From a virus, in the IMG/VR virus record IMGVR_UViG_3300027586_000003, positions 1-64,000 of that record: a stretch of DNA of 64,000 nucleotides, one strand, 5' to 3'. The notes beneath the pieces are model-generated. The model saw only the letters and a list, made by a program, of their open reading frames with translations, was not told where the DNA came from and did not search any database. Below, one piece after another: positions 34,990 through 48,252 of this stretch; positions within the stretch are counted from its first letter, which is position 1, and each line of letters begins with the position of its first letter. Position numbers and translations under genes: made by a program.

Positions 34990-35394
34990 TCAGTCCACCG
35001 ACTCGGACAGGCTCGCAGCGTTGAAGCGAGGGCCGGGGTCGCCGCTGCTGATGGTTTTTGCGACTGTCAATGAGCCGTATTCGAGGCAGTTAGTAGCCCC
35101 CGTCGCAGCATCCCACTTTGAGTAGTGGGTAATGATTCCCCAGTTCGCTGTGGCGTCCGGGAACTGAACCGCGAGCTTGTTGGTAGCCGCGCCAGAAGCC
35201 GCCGTATTGAAGCCTACCGTGCTGTTCGCCAGCGAAGCCCGTGCGTAAGCTCCGCCCGTCACTTCGACTTGCGTTCCATTTTCACCGGGGTCGCCCGTAT
35301 GAAGGCCAAAATAAACGATGGCGGGGGGCGTGTAGGTAGCGACGCCGTTGATGTGGTCACGGATTTTGTTTTCGAGGTAGTTTGATGCGCTCAT
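34990..35394 (-). CDS. conserved small virion structural protein
   Basis: MSASNYLENK..., LHTGDP, EVTGGAYAR, FP.AT.NWG motifs. Confidence 0.8.
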   Translation of the reverse strand: MSASNYLENKIRDHINGVATYTPPAIVYFGLHTGDPGENGTQVEVTGGAYARASLANSTVGFNTAASGAATNKLAVQFPDATANWGIITHYSKWDAATGATNCLEYGSLTVAKTISSGDPGPRFNAASLSESVD

Positions 35395-35424
35395 ATTTTT
35401 GTTTTTTTAACTGTTTCAAAATGG

Positions 35425-38400
35425 TTAGCCAGATGTGTGAATTTGTCCAGTGTAATTTATTGCCTGATTAAAATTGTGTTCAACATTAACCCCAAGGGCG
35501 GATGTGCAAGCCGCAATTTTCATGCCGTCCGCCGACATGGCGATGGAACGCCAATTCCGGTTACTGTCCCGCGCCTTCCATGTCGCGCCGTAGTCGGTAG
35601 AAGTGTAAATTAGGCCGTTAGAAGACTCTTGTATTCCGAAGCTGTTTGTTATGTTCCCGACCACCGCCGCCAACCGCTTTCCATCCGCAGACATGGTGAT
35701 TGACTTCCAATTCCGGCGGGCGTCGGTCATACGCGCAACCCACGTAACACCGTAGTTGTTCGAGGTGTAAATGTAGCCGTCCAAAACGCCGCTACCGACC
35801 ACCGTCGTTATTGCCAAATATTTTCCGTCCGACGACATGACGATTGAACTTGCACCGGAAACCCCATTAATTAACCCACTTGGAGTCCAAGTCTCACCAG
35901 CGTTGTTAGAAGTCCAAACGGCAGAATGCATCAAAAGCATCGAATTAGTAAAAGCCGCAAGATATTGCCCGCTCGAAGACGAGGCGACGGCTTTCCAATT
36001 CATTAGGAGATATGCAGTAGAAGCATTACCCCCGCTATATATACGCGGATAAAAATTAGCACCGTAGTCTTTCGAGATGTAAATTAAGCCGGGATGATGC
36101 ACTGCCACCACAAGCCTCCCGTCCGCCGACGAGGCGATGCCAGTCCAATTACGGTTTCGTAATTCAATTATGCCTGTCCTTGCTTCATCCACTCGCTGAA
36201 TCCATGCTTGGTTCCAAGTCGCGCCAGAGTCAGACGAATACCAAATATTGCCGCCGAAGCCCGCCGGTTCGCCGACGCCGCCGTAGTGCGCCGCCACCAG
36301 CCTAGTGCCTCCCCACGACGTTGCGATGCAAGACCAATTCCGAGGCGCGTCGGCCATGCGCTGCACTAAACTAGAGCCTTTCAAAGTCCAAATATATCCA
36401 TTCCAAGAAGTCGCCGCAAATTGTGACCCGTCCGCAGAAGAGGTGATTGAACTCCAAATTTGAGACTGGAAGAAAGGCCCAGCCCATTCAACGCAAACCC
36501 CGACGCTAAGAACGGGAATTGCTACAAACGAAATACTCGACACCGAATTGAGAAGAAATTGCGAATTGAGTTTGCTTGCAGTTGCTCTAAGCTCAATGCG
36601 CGAATTCGCCGAAAGTTCCCAGCGGGTTGGGGCCGGGCCACCAGAGGTGTAAATCCGATCTCCGTAAGCCACCGCCGCCAGACTTTTCCAATTGGGTGTC
36701 GAAGCGATGCTAACCCAAAACCGAAGGGCGTCGGTCATACGCGCAACCCACGTCGCGCCGTAGTTTGTTGATGTGTAAATGTAGCCGTAATCAACCCCCG
36801 CCGCAAGCCTCGCCCCGTCCGGCGACATGGCAATGCTAGACCATCGCCGGACAGTCTCACGAGGAAGCCACGTCACGCCATAGTTGGTTGATGTGTAAAT
36901 CCGGTCGTTGTAAGCTACCGCAGCCAGATTTTTCCCGCCTTCCGACATGACAATGCTACGCCAATCTTTGTTGGCTGTAGGCATACTATCTATCCACGTC
37001 TCACCGTAGTTGTTTGATATGTAAATCGTTCCGTTGTGACTCCCCGCCGCCAAAACTTGTCCGTCAGACGAAGATGCGACGCATTGCAAATACCCTTGGG
37101 GTGTAGCACTGGCTGTATGCTCGACCCATGTCGCACCGTAGTTAGTCGAAGTCCAAATATGTCCATTTCCAACCGCTACCAGCCTGTCTCCTTTATCAGA
37201 CGATAAAATGGACTTCCAATTCCGGGCGATGCCGTCCACACGTCGAGTCCATGTAAAGCCAAAGTCAGTCGAGGTGTGAATGTAGCCATACATATTCGCC
37301 ATTACCAGATATTGCCCGGTTGACGAAGATGCGATGATTAAAGAGGCTCCTTCAGAATATTGAAAACTTTGAACACGCGCCGTCCACGCAATTCCCGCTT
37401 CGTTTGATGTGTAAACTTGACCGGAGATTGACGCAGTTGCCGCCAGACTTCTTCCGTCCTCTGACAAGGCTATACCTGTCCACAACCGTTCCTCGGTTGT
37501 CTGGTTTTTATAAACATTACGCTCAATCCAATCAAGTCCAGTTCCGGCACTTAATTTGGCGAATGATGAGAGATTAAAATCTACTCCAAGCGCAACAATA
37601 GAAGCTGGCGAAATATTGCTGCCAGCGGAAAGATTAAAATTTGCTCTAAGCTCAATGCGCGAATTCGTCGAAATATACGGACGGGTTGGGGCCGGGCCAC
37701 CAGAGGTGTAAATCTGTCCGTTCTCAACCACCGCTGCTAGATTCGTCCCGTCCGCCGACATGGCAATGCTAGACCATCGCCGGACAGTCTCACGCGCCAC
37801 CCATGTCACCCCGTAGTCGTTAGAAATGTAAATCTGGCTGTTCACACTCACCGCAGCCAGCCTTCTGCCGTCTGCTGACGAGTAGATAGAACGCCAATCC
37901 CGGTTGCTCTCCCGCGCCGTCCAATACTGGCCCGAGTCGGTCGATGTGTAAATCTGGCCGAGTTGAACCACCACCGCCAGCTTTCTTCCGTCTGCCGACG
38001 AGGCGACGGAAATCCAATTATAGCGGAGAGTCGTCCTCTGAAACCACGTCACACCCGAATCGGTCGAAGTCCAAATCGCGCCGTCGTAAACCACCGCCAC
38101 CAGCTTCGTCCCGTCCGCCGACGAGGCGATGCTCCTCCAGTTCCGGGTGTAAGCCCGCGCCGTCCAATACTCGCCCGAGTCGGTCGAGGTGTAAATATAG
38201 CTGTCGCTACCCACCGCAGCTAACATCTTCCCATCCTCCGACGATGTGATGGATTTCCAATTTCCGCCTATCTGACGCTCCACCCATGTCGCGCCGTAGT
38301 TGATCGAGGTGTAAATAAATCCAGCGTAATTTACTGCCGCTAAATTTTTGCCGTCTGCTGAAGAAGCGATAGAATTCCAATTTCGGATGCCGCTCGCCCG

Positions 38401-41400
38401 CGCTGCCCACGTCTCCCCGTAGTCGCTCGATGTGTAAATAAACGTATTTGGGCCAGCCGTCGCTAGGTATTTTCCGGTTTCATCAGATGCGACATAACTT
38501 GTAGAAGCGTTAATCCGAGGCGTCCATACTACACCACCTCCATGCGAAAGGTCTGCTTGTAATACACACTCAATGCTGCTCGACGTTGACACAAGCCTAG
38601 TCCGAGGAGTTAGGATTGCAGTTTCTTGAAAAACAATGCTCGCCGCTGTAGCAAGCTTTGCGCGGGCGGTTAGATTGGCGGTTGCTCTAAGCTCAACGAG
38701 CGATGAAGAGAGGGCTGTATTTAGCCCAGATCGAAAGGTTAGGTTTGAGGTTGCTCTAAGCGAAAACATCGAAGCTGTCGCAAAAATATCTCGGGTGGTG
38801 AGTCTGGCATGACTATACTGATAAAATTGATCTATTCTTGATTCTGCCTGAAGCTGATTTTTCCACGAGTTTGCTGTGTAAATCTGGCCGTCGTAAACCA
38901 CAGCAACCACAGCTAAACCATCCGCCGAAGAGGCGACGGCTTCCCAGTTTCGATTTCCGCTTGGCTTCGCCGCCCACGTCTCAGCGTAGTCGTTAGAAAT
39001 GTAAATCTCGCCATTTCTAGCTAACGCTACCAACCTTTGTCCATCACTAGACGACGCAATGGCAGACCAATCTCCCGACATCATACTTCTCCAGTCAATT
39101 CCGTAGTTTATCGAGATGAAAATTCCGCCTGATCCATATTCGTTAGAAGCCACCGCCGCCAAAACTTGTCCGGTTGAGGAAGACGCAATAGAACGAAATT
39201 TTGCACCATATGTTCGCCTCACCCATGTCAATCCGTAGTCCGTCGAAGTAAGAATCCCTCCCTGCCCAATACTAGAACTGGTTGCAGCTAAATTTTTACC
39301 GTCTGACGACGAGGCGATGGAAGTGTAATCCAAATAGGACGTGTAAATCTGAGAGGAGAACTGCCTTTGGATGCTTAAATCATAACTCAGAGCGATGTTG
39401 TAAATTTTTTCTGTCAATTGCCGAACCCACGTAACACCGTAGTTGTTTGAAGTCCAAATGCTTCCAGATGTAAGCCATACCGGGTGATAATATCCAATCG
39501 TAACTGCTGCCAGATATTGTCCGCTCGACGACGAAACAACGGTCTTAATATACTGTTGCCTAACGATCTCTGTCCCAGAATTGTAACTGTATTCACTAGC
39601 TTGAAGGAAACCTAATTGAACCCAGTTCAATCCCCCGTTAATGGAAGTGTAAATCGCGCCCATAGTCCCTGCCACCAACCTCTGCCCGTCCGACGAAGAG
39701 GCGACAGAAGTCCAATTCTCACCATTCCCATAACTTAGCTGCCACGTATCACCGTAGTTTTTCGATGTGTAAACCCCACCGCTTGCGCCTCCATTAACCG
39801 TTGCCGCCAGCTTTCTTCCGTCTGCCGACGAAGCAACGGAACTCCAATTCCGGTTCCTGTCTTCCGCACGAATCGCCCATTCCATGCCAACTCCGCTGAT
39901 AAAACTGCCAGTTGCTCCAAATGAAATGCTCGACTGCGTAAAAAGACTCGCTCTTCTGTATACCGGATAGCCGGATGTGTAAATAGCTCCCGCGATATGG
40001 CTTGTAGCAGCTAGAACATTTCCCTCTGTCGAATAGGCGACAGAAGTCCAACGGCTATTGCTTTCTCGAACCGTCCATGTTAGCCCGTAGTCGTTTGAAG
40101 TAAGAATGCTTTTCTGTCCAACATTGCTAAAAGGACTCCCAGAAACAGCAGCCATTTTCTTTCCATCGCCCGACGATGTGACGCCTGAAAAAGCGTGATT
40201 AACATCGTAGAATCTTGTTTCCCAGCTTAAACCATAATCGTTTGATACAAAAATGTGACCGTCACGAGTTGCTGCCACCAAACTTGCTCCGTCAAAAGAT
40301 GATGCTATTGAGCTATAATGCAGATAAGCAAATAGGGAAATCTTCCACGTTTTGCCGTAGTCATTCGAGGTGTAGATATATTCGGCTACTGCCGCCAAGA
40401 ACTGCCCGCCACCAGACGAGGCTATGGATGCCCAATAGTTGCTTTCGCCCACCTCTTTCCAATAAAGTCCTGAATTTTCCGAGATGTAAATTTTTCCGGG
40501 AGATTGAGCCGCAGCCATGTGAAGCCCATTGTGAGAAACTGCCACTTGACTCCAGTTTCCCGTTAGCAATATCTCATATCTGTTATCTACAATTACTTTA
40601 CCTATTGGAGACCACTCTTGATTTCCTCCTCTGTAAAGTTGGTTTCCCGCTGCTGCCAAAGACAGGTTTCCTTCATACGTAATAGCGATGTCAGTCCAAT
40701 TCAGAGCAGCGAGTTGGAATTTTGAGCTTACTTGCATTGTCCAAGTCACGCCGTAGTCGTTTGATTGATAAATACTGTCACCGTATGCCACAGCGGTCAT
40801 TGTTCTTCCATCCCCCGAACAAGCGATAGAAGTCCAATTCTTGTTTCCGCTCTGCTGCCCAGTCCATTCAACGCCAACCCCGGTGCCAAGAACTGCAATT
40901 TCACCAAACGAAAAGCTCGACACCGAATTGAGAAACAATTGAGATGCGAGAGGGGCAATTGCTCTAATCGAAACGCCCGACACCGACTCAAAATCTGAAA
41001 CCATACGGCCCCCATCGCCTGTTGTGTAAATCTTTCCAGCGTTGACTGTCCCAGACAACTTGACGCCATCCGACGACATGGCAATGCTAGTCCAATTCCG
41101 GTCGCTTTCTTCCGCCGCCCATGTCACTCCAAAGTCGCCAGAGGCGTAAATTCGACCGCCGTAAACCGTCGCTAACAGCTTTCCTCCGCTTGGCGATGAG
41201 GCGATGGAACGCCAATTGCGGTTGTTCTCACGCGGAAACCATGTCGCACCGTAGTTGCTTGATGTGTAAATTTGGCCGCCCTCAACCACTGCCGCTAGAT
41301 ATTGTCCGGTTGACGATGAGGCGATGGAACGCCAATTGCGGTTGTTCTCACGCTGAAGCCATGTCGCACCGTAGGTGCTTGATGTGTAAATTTGGCCGTT

Positions 41401-44400
41401 CCGGTCTGTCGCCGCTAGATATTGTCCGGTTGACGATGAGGCGATGGAAGACCAGTAAAAAGCTGCGTTCCCAGTCTGTGGGTGCCAGAAGACGCTTTGT
41501 TTCCATGTTACACCCGAATCGGTAGAGGTGAAAACCCCGCCATACCAAACCACTGCTGCCAGTTTTTCTCCGTCATCAGATGAAGCTATGCCAGACCAGT
41601 TCTCATTTGAATTTGAACCGTGAAAAGGCAAAACCCGCTCTGTCCACGTCGCGCCGTAGTTGATAGAGGTTATGATTTTACCGGGAAAAATAACAAGCAA
41701 TCCATACTTCAATCCGCTATCCACAGCCGCCAACTTTTGTCCACTCACAGACGATGCTACTAACCAATATCCATTGGAGCCGGTCATTCGAGGTGTCCAG
41801 CCTCTTCCAAAATCGTTTGAAGTGTAAATATAGCCTTCATAAACCCCTGCCACTTTATACTGTCCGGTTGACGAAGATGCGATGGAAAGCCAACTGCGGC
41901 TACTGTCACGCTCCGACCATAATAAAATAAGTTCGACAGTTGATCCGAGCAAAATTATAGACGCTGACTTAAAATTAGAGGCGGCGTAGAGATTAAAATT
42001 TACTCCAAGCGCAATAATAGAAGCTGACGAAATATTGCTGCCAGAGGAAAGATTGAAGTTTGCTCTAAGCTCAATGCGCGAATTCGTCTCTAGTTGACTA
42101 GGAGTGATTGGGTTTCCAGAAGTGAACACGTTGCCGTCACTTAACGCCACAAGCAGACCGTTTGCCTCCGCCGAAGAGGCTATATTTCTCCAAGCTTTGA
42201 TGTCTCCAAACCCTCTCCAAGTCAAACCTTCGTCGTTAGAAATGTAAATCTGCCCGCCGTCAATCGTTGCCGCCAGTCTTTTCCAATCTTTCGACGAGGC
42301 GATGTTGCTCCAATTCCGGTTGGCGTCGGTCATTCGCGCTGTCCACGTCGCGCCGTAATCTGCGGACGTGTAAATGTAGGCGTCGCCCCAAGCTGTGTGA
42401 ACCACCGCCGCAAGTTTCGACCCATCCCATGACGAGGTGATAGACTTCCATAACCGGTTGCTATCCCGCGCCGTCCACGTCACGCCGTAGTCGGTAGAAG
42501 TGTAAATCTGACCGCCCCGTGCCGTCGCTGCAATATTTTGTCCATTCCACGACGAGGTGATGGAATTCCACTGTCGGGCAATTTCACGCGCCGTCCACGT
42601 CACGCCAGAGTCGTTCGACGTGTAAATCCTTTCTAAGTAACCCGCCGCTACTAGATTAGTCCCGTCCCACGAAGATGCGAATGGCTCCCAATTCCGGTTG
42701 CTGTCCCGCGCCGTCCACGTCGCGCCCGCGTTGGTCGAGGTGTAAATCTGGCCGCCCCAAGCCCCTGCCACCAGCTTCTTCCCGTCCGCCGACGAGGCGA
42801 TGCCCCGCCAGTATTGGTTTGGTAAATATTGATTCCAGCCCTCGCCTGAGTTGGCAGAAGCCCAAATCGTCCCGCCCCAAGTCCCTGCCGCCAAATTTTT
42901 ACCAGTATGTGAAGATGCAATGCAGGTTAATCCTGTTCCACCATAAGAACGAGCCGACCACACCTTTCCGGCTCCATCCAAAAGACTTACTTGTGTTGGC
43001 AAAAACCAAATAAATGACAACCCAGTTAATTTCGCCCCCGCAACCAAAACGCCACCGTTTCCGATGGAAGCTCTTGACGCTACCCCCATTCCAACCCCCG
43101 CATTAAGGCTCCCGATTTCGGAAACAAGAATTTCGGATGAAAACGACAGCCCTTTCGGCGTTATAGTTTCTCCACTGTTCCCAATGGTGATTCCAGACAC
43201 CGCCGAGAAAAGTTGCGGCACCCCAATTACACCGCTGTTTCCGAAGGTGATTCCAGACACCGACGAGAAAAGTTTCGGCACTCCAATTACGCCACTGTTT
43301 CCGATGATAATTCCAGATGCCGATGAAATGATTTGCGGCAATCTAATTACACCAATGTTTCCGATGATAATTCCAGATGCCGAAGAAAGCTGCGATGGAA
43401 CGAGCGGGTCGCTTCCAGTTGTGTAAATCTTTTCTCCGTAAACCGTTGCCGCCAACTTGACGCCATCCGACGACATGGCAATGCTAGTCCAACTCCTGTC
43501 GCTTTCATCCGCTACCCATGTCTCGCCAGCGTTAGTCGAAGTCCAAATCTGTCCGTTCAGAACCACCGCCGCTAGATATTGTCCGGTTGACGATGAGGCG
43601 ATGGAACGCCAATTGCGGTTGTTCTCACGCGGAAACCATGTCGCACCGTAGTTGCTTGATGTGTAAATTTGGCTGCCCTCAACCACTGCCGCTAGATATT
43701 GTCCGGTTGACGATGAGGCGATGGAACGCCAATTGCGGTTAGGCTCACGCGGAAACCACGTATCGCCGTAGTTGGTCGAAGTCCAAATCTGTCCGTTCTC
43801 AACCACCGCCGCTAGATATTGTCCGGTTGACGATGATGCAACAGCAATCCAATTACGGCTACTCTCTTTCGCTGCCCACGATTGGCCGAAATTTATGGAT
43901 GTATAAATCTGCCCTCCGCGAGCCGTCGCTACTAGATATTGAAGGTTTGAGGACGAGGCGACGGAAGACCAAGCCCTGCTCACGTCGGTCTGCACGTTTA
44001 TCCAGCTAATTCCGTAGTCATGTGATATGTAAATAAAACCGTTATCAACCGTTGCTACCAGAGATTGTCCAGTTGAAGATGAAGCAATGCCGCTCCAATT
44101 CCGGTAGCTGCTTGCCTGAGCCGTCCAGCCTGAGCCGTAGTTGGTCGAGGTGTAAATCCGAGCGTTTTTATCCACCGCAGCAAGTCGTGCCCCGTCCGCC
44201 GAAGAAGCGATACTCCACCAACTGTGGGGCCAATCAGGTCTATCCAGAGGTGTTAAGCGGGCTTTCCATGACTTAAAAAGTCCGCTATTGTTATTGGTGG
44301 CGACTGCCAGCACGTTTCTTCCAGATGCCCCTTCAAATACTTGCCCAACATTCAGCACACCACCGTTTCCAATGGCGGTTTCAGACGCTACCTCCATTCC

Positions 44401-45480
44401 AACCCCCGCATTAAGGCTCCCGATTTCGGAAACAAGAATTTCGGATGAAGACGACAGCCCTTCTGGCGTTATAGTTTCTCCACTGTTCCCAATGGTGATT
44501 CCAGATGAAGACCAGAAAAGTTTAGCTACCCCAGTGTTGCCATTGTTTCCGGTGATAATCCCAGACACCGACGAGAAAAGTTTCGGCACTCCAATTACGC
44601 CACTGTTTCCGATGATAATTCCAGATGCCGATGAAATGATTTGCGGCAATCTAATTAAACCACTGTTTCCGATGGTGATTCCAGATGAAGACGATATAAG
44701 TTTAGGTTCATCAGTGTTTCCTTTGTTTTCAATGGAAATTCCAGACGTTGCCTCCACGCTCAACCCCGCATTTAGGCCACCACCGTTTCCGATGCTAATT
44801 CCAGACACCCCTTGAAAGGGTTGCCCAACATTCAGCACACCACCGTTTCCGATGATAAATCCTAACGCCGACGAGAGGGGTTGCGGCGTTACAATTACGC
44901 CACTGTTTCCGATGATAATTCCAGATGCCGATGAAATGATTTGCGGCAATCCAATTACACCAATGTTTCCGATGATAATCCCAGATGCCGATGAAATGAT
45001 TTGCGGCAATCCAATTACACCAATGTTTCCGATGGTGATTCCAGATGAAGACGATATAAGTTTAGGTTCATCCGTGTTTCCGTTGTTTTCAATGGAAATT
45101 CCAGACGTAGACGATAAGAATTTCGCCAACCCAAGAGCACTATTGTTTCCGATGGTAATTCCAGACACCACTTCAAAGACTTGTCCAACATTCAGCACGC
45201 CACTGTTTCCGATGATAATTCCAGATGCCGATGAAATGATTTGCGGCAATCTAATTAAACCACTGTTTCCGAAGGTGATTCCAGATGCCGAAGCAAGATG
45301 CTCCGAAGCGTTAAGGTTTGGAGCCGATGGAATCGTTATTGAAGACGCCGCTCTGAACTCAGCTACAAAGCTTAGTGCTATGGCGGACGCTATACCGCTG
45401 GCAATAGCAATAGAAGACACTGCGGACAGTGTAGCCGCTTTGGCAATCCCACGCCCGAAGATGAATGTGTTTAATGCCAC
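35425..45480 (-). CDS. giant adhesin with eight 7-bladed Asp-box (BNR) beta-propellers
   Basis: about 56 W.SIASS.DG..LAA / IYTS.(D/N).G.TW blades grouped in sevens, separated by about 21-aa S.S.I repeats. Confidence 0.85.
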   Translation of the reverse strand: MALNTFIFGRGIAKAATLSAVSSIAIASGIASAIALSFVAEFRAASSITIPSAPNLNASEHLASASGITFGNSGLIRLPQIISSASGIIIGNSGVLNVGQVFEVVSGITIGNNSALGLAKFLSSTSGISIENNGNTDEPKLISSSSGITIGNIGVIGLPQIISSASGIIIGNIGVIGLPQIISSASGIIIGNSGVIVTPQPLSSALGFIIGNGGVLNVGQPFQGVSGISIGNGGGLNAGLSVEATSGISIENKGNTDEPKLISSSSGITIGNSGLIRLPQIISSASGIIIGNSGVIGVPKLFSSVSGIITGNNGNTGVAKLFWSSSGITIGNSGETITPEGLSSSSEILVSEIGSLNAGVGMEVASETAIGNGGVLNVGQVFEGASGRNVLAVATNNNSGLFKSWKARLTPLDRPDWPHSWWSIASSADGARLAAVDKNARIYTSTNYGSGWTAQASSYRNWSGIASSSTGQSLVATVDNGFIYISHDYGISWINVQTDVSRAWSSVASSSNLQYLVATARGGQIYTSINFGQSWAAKESSRNWIAVASSSTGQYLAAVVENGQIWTSTNYGDTWFPREPNRNWRSIASSSTGQYLAAVVEGSQIYTSSNYGATWFPRENNRNWRSIASSSTGQYLAAVVLNGQIWTSTNAGETWVADESDRSWTSIAMSSDGVKLAATVYGEKIYTTGSDPLVPSQLSSASGIIIGNIGVIRLPQIISSASGIIIGNSGVIGVPKLFSSVSGITFGNSGVIGVPQLFSAVSGITIGNSGETITPKGLSFSSEILVSEIGSLNAGVGMGVASRASIGNGGVLVAGAKLTGLSFIWFLPTQVSLLDGAGKVWSARSYGGTGLTCIASSHTGKNLAAGTWGGTIWASANSGEGWNQYLPNQYWRGIASSADGKKLVAGAWGGQIYTSTNAGATWTARDSNRNWEPFASSWDGTNLVAAGYLERIYTSNDSGVTWTAREIARQWNSITSSWNGQNIAATARGGQIYTSTDYGVTWTARDSNRLWKSITSSWDGSKLAAVVHTAWGDAYIYTSADYGATWTARMTDANRNWSNIASSKDWKRLAATIDGGQIYISNDEGLTWRGFGDIKAWRNIASSAEANGLLVALSDGNVFTSGNPITPSQLETNSRIELRANFNLSSGSNISSASIIALGVNFNLYAASNFKSASIILLGSTVELILLWSERDSSRSWLSIASSSTGQYKVAGVYEGYIYTSNDFGRGWTPRMTGSNGYWLVASSVSGQKLAAVDSGLKYGLLVIFPGKIITSINYGATWTERVLPFHGSNSNENWSGIASSDDGEKLAAVVWYGGVFTSTDSGVTWKQSVFWHPQTGNAAFYWSSIASSSTGQYLAATDRNGQIYTSSTYGATWLQRENNRNWRSIASSSTGQYLAAVVEGGQIYTSSNYGATWFPRENNRNWRSIASSPSGGKLLATVYGGRIYASGDFGVTWAAEESDRNWTSIAMSSDGVKLSGTVNAGKIYTTGDGGRMVSDFESVSGVSIRAIAPLASQLFLNSVSSFSFGEIAVLGTGVGVEWTGQQSGNKNWTSIACSGDGRTMTAVAYGDSIYQSNDYGVTWTMQVSSKFQLAALNWTDIAITYEGNLSLAAAGNQLYRGGNQEWSPIGKVIVDNRYEILLTGNWSQVAVSHNGLHMAAAQSPGKIYISENSGLYWKEVGESNYWASIASSGGGQFLAAVAEYIYTSNDYGKTWKISLFAYLHYSSIASSFDGASLVAATRDGHIFVSNDYGLSWETRFYDVNHAFSGVTSSGDGKKMAAVSGSPFSNVGQKSILTSNDYGLTWTVRESNSRWTSVAYSTEGNVLAATSHIAGAIYTSGYPVYRRASLFTQSSISFGATGSFISGVGMEWAIRAEDRNRNWSSVASSADGRKLAATVNGGASGGVYTSKNYGDTWQLSYGNGENWTSVASSSDGQRLVAGTMGAIYTSINGGLNWVQLGFLQASEYSYNSGTEIVRQQYIKTVVSSSSGQYLAAVTIGYYHPVWLTSGSIWTSNNYGVTWVRQLTEKIYNIALSYDLSIQRQFSSQIYTSYLDYTSIASSSDGKNLAATSSSIGQGGILTSTDYGLTWVRRTYGAKFRSIASSSTGQVLAAVASNEYGSGGIFISINYGIDWRSMMSGDWSAIASSSDGQRLVALARNGEIYISNDYAETWAAKPSGNRNWEAVASSADGLAVVAVVYDGQIYTANSWKNQLQAESRIDQFYQYSHARLTTRDIFATASMFSLRATSNLTFRSGLNTALSSSLVELRATANLTARAKLATAASIVFQETAILTPRTRLVSTSSSIECVLQADLSHGGGVVWTPRINASTSYVASDETGKYLATAGPNTFIYTSSDYGETWAARASGIRNWNSIASSADGKNLAAVNYAGFIYTSINYGATWVERQIGGNWKSITSSEDGKMLAAVGSDSYIYTSTDSGEYWTARAYTRNWRSIASSADGTKLVAVVYDGAIWTSTDSGVTWFQRTTLRYNWISVASSADGRKLAVVVQLGQIYTSTDSGQYWTARESNRDWRSIYSSADGRRLAAVSVNSQIYISNDYGVTWVARETVRRWSSIAMSADGTNLAAVVENGQIYTSGGPAPTRPYISTNSRIELRANFNLSAGSNISPASIVALGVDFNLSSFAKLSAGTGLDWIERNVYKNQTTEERLWTGIALSEDGRSLAATASISGQVYTSNEAGIAWTARVQSFQYSEGASLIIASSSTGQYLVMANMYGYIHTSTDFGFTWTRRVDGIARNWKSILSSDKGDRLVAVGNGHIWTSTNYGATWVEHTASATPQGYLQCVASSSDGQVLAAGSHNGTIYISNNYGETWIDSMPTANKDWRSIVMSEGGKNLAAVAYNDRIYTSTNYGVTWLPRETVRRWSSIAMSPDGARLAAGVDYGYIYTSTNYGATWVARMTDALRFWVSIASTPNWKSLAAVAYGDRIYTSGGPAPTRWELSANSRIELRATASKLNSQFLLNSVSSISFVAIPVLSVGVCVEWAGPFFQSQIWSSITSSADGSQFAATSWNGYIWTLKGSSLVQRMADAPRNWSCIATSWGGTRLVAAHYGGVGEPAGFGGNIWYSSDSGATWNQAWIQRVDEARTGIIELRNRNWTGIASSADGRLVVAVHHPGLIYISKDYGANFYPRIYSGGNASTAYLLMNWKAVASSSSGQYLAAFTNSMLLMHSAVWTSNNAGETWTPSGLINGVSGASSIVMSSDGKYLAITTVVGSGVLDGYIYTSNNYGVTWVARMTDARRNWKSITMSADGKRLAAVVGNITNSFGIQESSNGLIYTSTDYGATWKARDSNRNWRSIAMSADGMKIAACTSALGVNVEHNFNQAINYTGQIHTSG

Positions 45481-45486
45481 AACAGC

Positions 45487-47469
<1,983 letters not shown>

Positions 47470-47471
47470 AG

Positions 47472-47879
47472 TTATTTTTGCTTGGCGTCCGAATCGCTGT
47501 CGTCAATGAGCCAGAACAGCGGCAGTAGGAGCGCGGGTTTAACCAGACTGTCGAACTCAACAATCTTCACTGACTTGACCGAAGGCGGAAGCGAAACCTC
47601 CTCGTCAAGTAGAGTCTTGAAAGCTGCTGCAAACTCCGCTTCCTTGCCTCCAAACTGGACGTTGTTTCCAACCACTGCCAACTTGCCGTCCGTGTCTTTT
47701 TCTCCGAACTGGTCGAGCAGTTTTTTGCGGGCCTCGTCGAAGTCAGTAACTTCACCGCTTACAAACTTGATGGCCTTCGCTATCCTGAACGCAACTACGG
47801 GTCGTTGCGGCATTCCAGCAAGTTCGTTAAGGGCTGCGGTGGATTCTACGATGTCTTTGAGTGTTGTCATTCTTGGCAA
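47472..47879 (-). CDS. small fibre-associated protein (chaperone-like)
   Basis: AL..LA.....V.AFRIAK...R.KLL.Q.GEKD.DG pattern, located among fibre genes. Confidence 0.6.
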   Translation of the reverse strand: MPRMTTLKDIVESTAALNELAGMPQRPVVAFRIAKAIKFVSGEVTDFDEARKKLLDQFGEKDTDGKLAVVGNNVQFGGKEAEFAAAFKTLLDEEVSLPPSVKSVKIVEFDSLVKPALLLPLFWLIDDSDSDAKQK

Positions 47880-47914
47880 TGGTGTGCTGCTTTTGGTAAG
47901 GAAAACAACTTATT

Positions 47915-48232
47915 TCAACCAATCTGCGACTTGATGACTGAAATTAGTGCCTTGCGGTCAGCGTAGGACATGGTTTTGGACGCCGTGGACAGCGACATAA
48001 CCGAGCGGTCAAATGCCTGCCGAGCATAGCTGGCAACCGCCTGCTGCACCATTGCGAGCAGATAGCTCTCCGGGGTCACTGCCGGGAGCGGTTCGGACGG
48101 AGGAACTTCGTGGGCGGCACGGAAAGCAACAGCCGAGTCAATAGCGGCCTGTGCGTCAGCGACCACGCCGAGTAGCGCGTCGTGTTCCTCGTCGTTGGTT
48201 TGAATGTCCGAGATAATGATTTCTAGTTTCAT
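47915..48232 (-). CDS. hypothetical fibre-associated protein
   Basis: 105-aa ORF. Confidence 0.65.
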   Translation of the reverse strand: MKLEIIISDIQTNDEEHDALLGVVADAQAAIDSAVAFRAAHEVPPSEPLPAVTPESYLLAMVQQAVASYARQAFDRSVMSLSTASKTMSYADRKALISVIKSQIG

Positions 48233-48252
48233 GGTGTTATGTTATCAACAAG

